IMG/VR virus record: IMGVR_UViG_3300020166_000012
Source: an uncultured virus (IMG/VR IMGVR_UViG_3300020166_000012)
Taxonomy: Duplodnaviria; Heunggongvirae; Uroviricota; Caudoviricetes
Strand: one strand, 5' to 3'
Length of the DNA: 64,000 nt
Shown: piece by piece, positions 59,345-64,000 of the stretch
How the letters are laid out: every line of letters starts with the position of its first letter
Numbering within the stretch: the stretch's first letter is position 1
Notes under the pieces: generated by a model
Told to the model about the DNA's origin: nothing
The model's database searches: none
The model's input: the letters and a program-made list of their open reading frames with translations, nothing else
Made by a program: the position numbers and the translations under genes

Positions 59345-60436
59345 CTAGTTACCCCCTACAGTTGTAGGAATTAAATAACACATATTTTGTATATTATTTG
59401 ATGATCCCCAGCTTGATCCAGTTTTATATACATTCCAAACAGCATATTGGGTGCCATCATGTGTAATAAGCGAACCTGGCGCAGCGATATCATCTGTTGT
59501 TCTATAAAGAGTCTTCATTCTTCCATTAAACGGATAGGAGGCCGTATCATGGTTGAAGTGAGGGTCGGCATATACTGGTATTAATTGATGAATATGTCCG
59601 GTAGACGTTCTAAGGGGATATACATTCCTAACGGGGACTGGGTTTAAGCTCATATAAAACTGGTTATCGGTAAAATTAACTCCTCGATGATAAGAGCCAC
59701 TGATGTTTGTCGAGGCCTGCTCAGACTGACTGGGATTTAGATATGTCGAGGCTCCAACCCAAAACATTTCATAGGTGGTCGAGTCTACGTTTGGAGTATT
59801 CCATATACTGGTGCGCATATGCGACCCCATGCTAACAAACGGCCCGTGTTTACCTGAGCCTATGGTATCGTATTGATATTCGTTAGCAGCGCTAGCATCG
59901 TACCCAAAAGTCCCTAGGGTTGTCATGTAGCTACCATTATATATCTGTATTACAAATGAGTGTTTGTTGGCCCAAATTAATGTTGTTTCTTGAGGCCAAT
60001 TGGGAAAATACTTCCGATTAGCGGTTGTGTCTACTGCATAATAACCAGTTGAGTTATAGGGTTGCAGGTTACCTCCAGTGCCATTTCCTGCCCTAAATCG
60101 CAACCCATAAGTGCCTGTGGTTACCCACAATTTGTGATTGCTACTATAATTATAACTTGCTGATCTTTCAGCATGGTTAAATTTAAATTGGATATAATTG
60201 TCGCTTCCGTTGGAGGTATTGGCCGCTGTGACGACATCGGTAAATGAGTCTGTGCCATCATTTGTTGTTGGCTTGGAACCAATAATCTGACAAGCACCCT
60301 GGTTAAAATATGTAGTACTTAAACTACTAGTTGATGTCCACGTCCCGTCAAGGATATTTCCGATTGTCTCCGTCCATTCTTTCCACGCAGTGGCCGAATT
60401 GGAAGCAGACGGATTTGCAACTAATTTAATAAACAT
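59345..60436 (-). CDS. putative virion protein
   Basis: Start reassigned to MFIK (GGAG RBS); Thr/Ser/Asn-rich. Confidence 0.7.
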   Translation of the reverse strand: MFIKLVANPSASNSATAWKEWTETIGNILDGTWTSTSSLSTTYFNQGACQIIGSKPTTNDGTDSFTDVVTAANTSNGSDNYIQFKFNHAERSASYNYSSNHKLWVTTGTYGLRFRAGNGTGGNLQPYNSTGYYAVDTTANRKYFPNWPQETTLIWANKHSFVIQIYNGSYMTTLGTFGYDASAANEYQYDTIGSGKHGPFVSMGSHMRTSIWNTPNVDSTTYEMFWVGASTYLNPSQSEQASTNISGSYHRGVNFTDNQFYMSLNPVPVRNVYPLRTSTGHIHQLIPVYADPHFNHDTASYPFNGRMKTLYRTTDDIAAPGSLITHDGTQYAVWNVYKTGSSWGSSNNIQNMCYLIPTTVGGN

Positions 60437-60437
60437 A

Positions 60438-60740
60438 TTAGTCTCCAAGCCCCGGGTTAATATAATTTTGAGGATCATTAATAGTGGGAGATGCTCCCTC
60501 ATCTGTCCCAACAAAAACATATACTCTTTGTGATACATTATCTGCATGCTGGCCAGAAAATTCTACCATACCAATATGATCTTGAATTCGAGATTCGCTA
60601 TTCGAATCATTATACAGATATTCAGAGGCGTCTCTTCGATCCATCATTAAATGATACACGTGTTTTTCATGATCTGGCCAAAGGTCAGAATCACCAGTTG
60701 AGGTAGCGATAAATTGTGCTTCGATTTCTGTTATAGCCAA
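60438..60740 (-). CDS. hypothetical protein
   Basis: 100 aa, GGAG RBS; TATAAATA at 60800-60807. Confidence 0.65.
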   Translation of the reverse strand: MAITEIEAQFIATSTGDSDLWPDHEKHVYHLMMDRRDASEYLYNDSNSESRIQDHIGMVEFSGQHADNVSQRVYVFVGTDEGASPTINDPQNYINPGLGD

Positions 60741-60807
60741 TGTTCTTCTCCGTTCGTATTACGTGGTAATGATACTTACATCATTAAATTTTCTATTAGT
60801 ATTTATA

Positions 60808-62496
60808 TTAACTTAAATTGTATAAAAACTGAACATTTAAGTCAGCTCCGGTATTTGTCGAACCAATGGTCGTAACATCCAGTGTTAAATAATCACCGGC
60901 AACCATCGAAAATGATGTGTTGTTAGTTGCACTAAGAGCTGCTGCTGTTATCTCAGTTGTCGAAGCAGCAGCGCCATTTTTGTTAGCTACCACAGTGACT
61001 GTGGCATCAGCCGCTGTTCCTAATCGCGCAACAACTGAATTCATTGTTAAATCTGCTGGAGCGTACCACCGGACAGTTCCTGTTGTTACTGTCAGTGTAC
61101 CCGCTTGACTCAATGCAAGAGAATATGGTGTTGCTGCTGCGGCTGTTTGCCTAGCGCTGACATAATCGCTATCAATTAATGCAGCAATTCCTACTTCATC
61201 TACACCAGCAGTATTTTCTAACCAAGTAGTGCCATCCCAAACATAAATTGTTTGAGTATTTTTAGCATACACCAAATCTCCAACACTGTTATTTGATAGT
61301 GGCAAGTATGATGCATCATCAACAACTTCCACCGAAGCTACGATAGCAGTACCGTCCGCAGCAACTAGGGTAGCAGTACCCGCAACTTCTTGAATTTTAT
61401 TCTTAAACGAAGGGGTACGTTCTACATAAGTCGCCAAATCTTGAGGAACAAACTTTTGTGTTGCTGCATCAAAGACAATACACATTTGATCTGACAATTC
61501 TGGTACTGGTCTAATTTCAGCTGGGTTTTTCATGCCCTCTTGACCGTGTTGCAAATACAAAACAGGACGGCCGTTATTACTAACTTCTACTTCAAGATCT
61601 TTAACAGAAATCTCTCCACGCATGTTTGAGTGGTTACCACATTGATAGTAGAGCGTATCAGGAGTAGAAGCATCAACAACAATAGTTAATGATCCAGTAT
61701 CAGATCTTGAATTTGTTACACCTGTTGTGTACTCGTAGTTATATTGACCCGACACAAAGTTTGTGCCGTTGTCTGTAGTAAGATATAAAGGGTGCCCTGA
61801 AGCATTCACGCTGAATGTATATGTACCGCCCCTGTACATCGGCCCTAAGTTAGGATTCATACCATGGGCTGCACCCATAAACATATATTTCCCAGCAGAA
61901 TGTGATACGTTATATGTTATATTGGGCGCTGTCAGTTGAGCTGGCGTCGGAATTGAAAATGCATCTGAATCGGGAACACTAACTAAAAGACGTTGTACTT
62001 GTGTACTGGCACCACCATTAATAGAAGAAATATTATCTGTAGCAGTAGTATATGTTACCCACGGTACTAAGTTATCGCTACCAGCACCATCTATCCATTT
62101 TAAAAATAAACTATGTGGCTGATCGTTTGAATCACCGCCCACAGCCCAAGAATCTGAATCAAATTTAGAATAATTATTGATAGTGTAAGTGCCCTTTTTA
62201 TACAAAGGCACAGTAGTTTGAGCTTGGTTTGTAATTGGAATACGAGCATACGGAAGAGCAGATCTTGTCCATGTCCAAAGCCAGGACATATCTTGTCCAG
62301 GCCCACTACTAACTGTTTGTATTTCAAGTGTTTCTGGATTGACTACCAAATCAACATCGCTTAAGCTAGATACTGACAAATCATCCAATGATTGATCAAG
62401 ACTACTCGATCGCAGAGAAACGACTCCATCTGCGTCCCTAGCAAGCAATCCTGCCGGGCCAAATAATTTAGCTAATCCTCTAGCTCTAGATGCCAT
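60808..62496 (-). CDS. virion structural protein with cupredoxin-like domain
   Basis: GHPLYL...YYQCGNHSNMRG; TATAAATA at 62524-62531. Confidence 0.75.
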   Translation of the reverse strand: MASRARGLAKLFGPAGLLARDADGVVSLRSSSLDQSLDDLSVSSLSDVDLVVNPETLEIQTVSSGPGQDMSWLWTWTRSALPYARIPITNQAQTTVPLYKKGTYTINNYSKFDSDSWAVGGDSNDQPHSLFLKWIDGAGSDNLVPWVTYTTATDNISSINGGASTQVQRLLVSVPDSDAFSIPTPAQLTAPNITYNVSHSAGKYMFMGAAHGMNPNLGPMYRGGTYTFSVNASGHPLYLTTDNGTNFVSGQYNYEYTTGVTNSRSDTGSLTIVVDASTPDTLYYQCGNHSNMRGEISVKDLEVEVSNNGRPVLYLQHGQEGMKNPAEIRPVPELSDQMCIVFDAATQKFVPQDLATYVERTPSFKNKIQEVAGTATLVAADGTAIVASVEVVDDASYLPLSNNSVGDLVYAKNTQTIYVWDGTTWLENTAGVDEVGIAALIDSDYVSARQTAAAATPYSLALSQAGTLTVTTGTVRWYAPADLTMNSVVARLGTAADATVTVVANKNGAAASTTEITAAALSATNNTSFSMVAGDYLTLDVTTIGSTNTGADLNVQFLYNLS

Positions 62497-62588
62497 TTTA
62501 AACCTCGATATGTGTAATAATATTATTTATAGTATATAATTTTTTAACTTGCTAAATATGCAAGTATTTCTATGTTATTTACATCTTT

Positions 62589-63662
62589 TTAAACTTGATG
62601 GCCAGTGCCTATAGCGGATCCTGTACTAAAGGATGAGGCAATATTGGTCGCATCACCATCAGAAGCAAAAGAAAATTTATTTGTTGTACTAAAAGTAACA
62701 TATCCGTCAGTGGCTGAATTTTGGGAAGAAGCTACGTAATTGCCAAATGTCAAGTCGCCAATATTAGATGCATTTGCATCAGCAGCAAAAGGAAACTTTT
62801 GGATCCCGGTGGTTCCGACGCTCCCTGCTTGGCCCGAAACATATCCATTTTCTAAACTAGAATTACCTGTCGAATAGCCTGTATTGCCCGTTAAATCACC
62901 AACGTCCGTTGCATTACCGTCAGATGCAAAAGGAAATTTGTCAATAACATTGGCGCTATATCCGCCGGCTCTATAACCATGTGTTGTTGACGCTTGCCCT
63001 GTTGCGGTGTAAGCAGTTGTAGTTAAATCGCCAACGTCCGTTGCGTTACCATCAGCTGCAAAAGAAAATTTGTCAATTATATTAGAAATAGCCGGTACAG
63101 CAACACCACCAGAAGTATATCCTGATACTGTAGATGATGAGCCGGAACCGGAGCGGCGCGCAACAGTTAAATCGCCCACGTCGCTAGAGCTATTAGCAAG
63201 TGGGAAAGAAAACTTTTGGATAACATTCTGAGTACCGTATACAGGCCCTGATGAATAACCATTTTCTCTGCTAGAATTTGCCGCCGCATCGCCGGAAGTG
63301 TATGTTAATGCAGTTGGTCCTACACTCGTAGTAGTTTCAGACGCAAATGGATATATATCAATGCCTGATTGATTACCACCCCCAGCGGAATATCCATAGC
63401 TAGAACCTTGCATCTGACTAATAGTGGGCCCAACAGGAAATTCATCCATTTGTGCCCAACCACTAGCACCTCTATAAATCTTAAAGCTACCAGTATCAAT
63501 CTGATATGCTTGAGTACCAATAGGTACTACAGTGAGTGCTAATGCATCCGAATCAGCATAACTATCTACGCCGGTCAAATCGCCAAGATTAGCAATGTCA
63601 GCAATATCCAGTGTTGACGAGGTGCCCATCAAACCACCTAAATTTCTAGCTCTTGATACCAT
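62589..63662 (-). CDS. Kelch-like repeat virion protein
   Basis: Repeats of GY.SGG...IDKFPFASDGNATDVGDL. Confidence 0.75.
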   Translation of the reverse strand: MVSRARNLGGLMGTSSTLDIADIANLGDLTGVDSYADSDALALTVVPIGTQAYQIDTGSFKIYRGASGWAQMDEFPVGPTISQMQGSSYGYSAGGGNQSGIDIYPFASETTTSVGPTALTYTSGDAAANSSRENGYSSGPVYGTQNVIQKFSFPLANSSSDVGDLTVARRSGSGSSSTVSGYTSGGVAVPAISNIIDKFSFAADGNATDVGDLTTTAYTATGQASTTHGYRAGGYSANVIDKFPFASDGNATDVGDLTGNTGYSTGNSSLENGYVSGQAGSVGTTGIQKFPFAADANASNIGDLTFGNYVASSQNSATDGYVTFSTTNKFSFASDGDATNIASSFSTGSAIGTGHQV

Positions 63663-63682
63663 TTTAAACCTTTTTATATCTT

Positions 63683-64000
63683 TTAAACTTGTTGGCCTGC
63701 CGGAATATCCCGCCCCTGCGTTAGATCGCCAACATCAGTTGCGTTTCCATCGGCGGAAAAAGAAAACTTATCAATCGTGTTTATCGGGCCTCCGCCGCCA
63801 GAAGTATAACCGTTATCTGTACTCGATTGACCCGCGGCGCGGGCGGTTGTTTGAGTCAAATCTCCTACATCGGTTGCATTAGCATCTGATGCAAAAGGAA
63901 ATTTTTCAATTGAATTAGTGGTAGGAACCCCGCCGGATGCATAACCAGATGCCACACTCGATTGCCCCGCGTTGTTGTTTCTTACAGCTGTTAAATCACC
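63683..64000 (-). CDS. Kelch-like repeat virion protein, 5'-truncated
   Basis: Same repeat and GxQV terminus as 62589..63662; frame runs to the window edge. Confidence 0.7.
   Translation of the reverse strand, partial: GDLTAVRNNNAGQSSVASGYASGGVPTTNSIEKFPFASDANATDVGDLTQTTARAAGQSSTDNGYTSGGGGPINTIDKFSFSADGNATDVGDLTQGRDIPAGQQV

Noticed and set aside
633..63882. Plus-strand and nested ORFs in the track (e.g. 19147..19608, 40726..41193, 45638..46153)
   Set aside because: Shadow frames of confidently assigned minus-strand genes; only 15212..15568 has its own expression signals.
53373..64000. Diversity-generating retroelement or invertible shufflon
   Set aside because: No reverse transcriptase or recombinase in the window; all copies are direct and no adenine-specific variation was evident.
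1..64000. Stop-codon reassignment
   Set aside because: Core genes are full length under the standard bacterial code, with TAA, TAG and TGA all used as stops.

Overview
A 64-kb AT-rich segment of a T4-like myovirus genome, almost entirely coded on the minus strand. The host is probably a marine alphaproteobacterium: the window carries a circularly permuted two-piece tmRNA, an Hsp20-DUF1127 pair and a class I cytochrome c. Left part: tmRNA, early hypothetical genes, and the replication/recombination module (gp41, UvsX, gp43, RegA, gp62/44/45, gp46/47, gp55, UvsW, UvsY), interleaved with auxiliary genes (KdsA/KdsB, MetK, nucleotide-sugar enzymes, APS-kinase-like, sulfotransferase-like, radical SAM plus a separate SPASM-like protein, dCMP deaminase, a ThyA-family enzyme with a dCMP-type Asp next to a DUF1599-like gene). 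Right part: head/tail/packaging module (gp3, 23, 22, 21, 20, 19, 18, 17, 16, 15, 14, 13) followed by modular virion/receptor-binding genes. Most notable: (1) terminase large subunit fractured into two genes carrying an atypically split intein, with an out-of-frame GIY-YIG endonuclease between them that has a late promoter inside the N-intein codons; (2) permuted tmRNA; (3) a probable cytosine-nucleotide modification locus; (4) a duplicated antisense promoter element upstream of gp55; (5) three adhesin cassettes with a shared N-terminus and swapped propeller domains. All family calls are by eye from motifs and synteny; no database searches were run.
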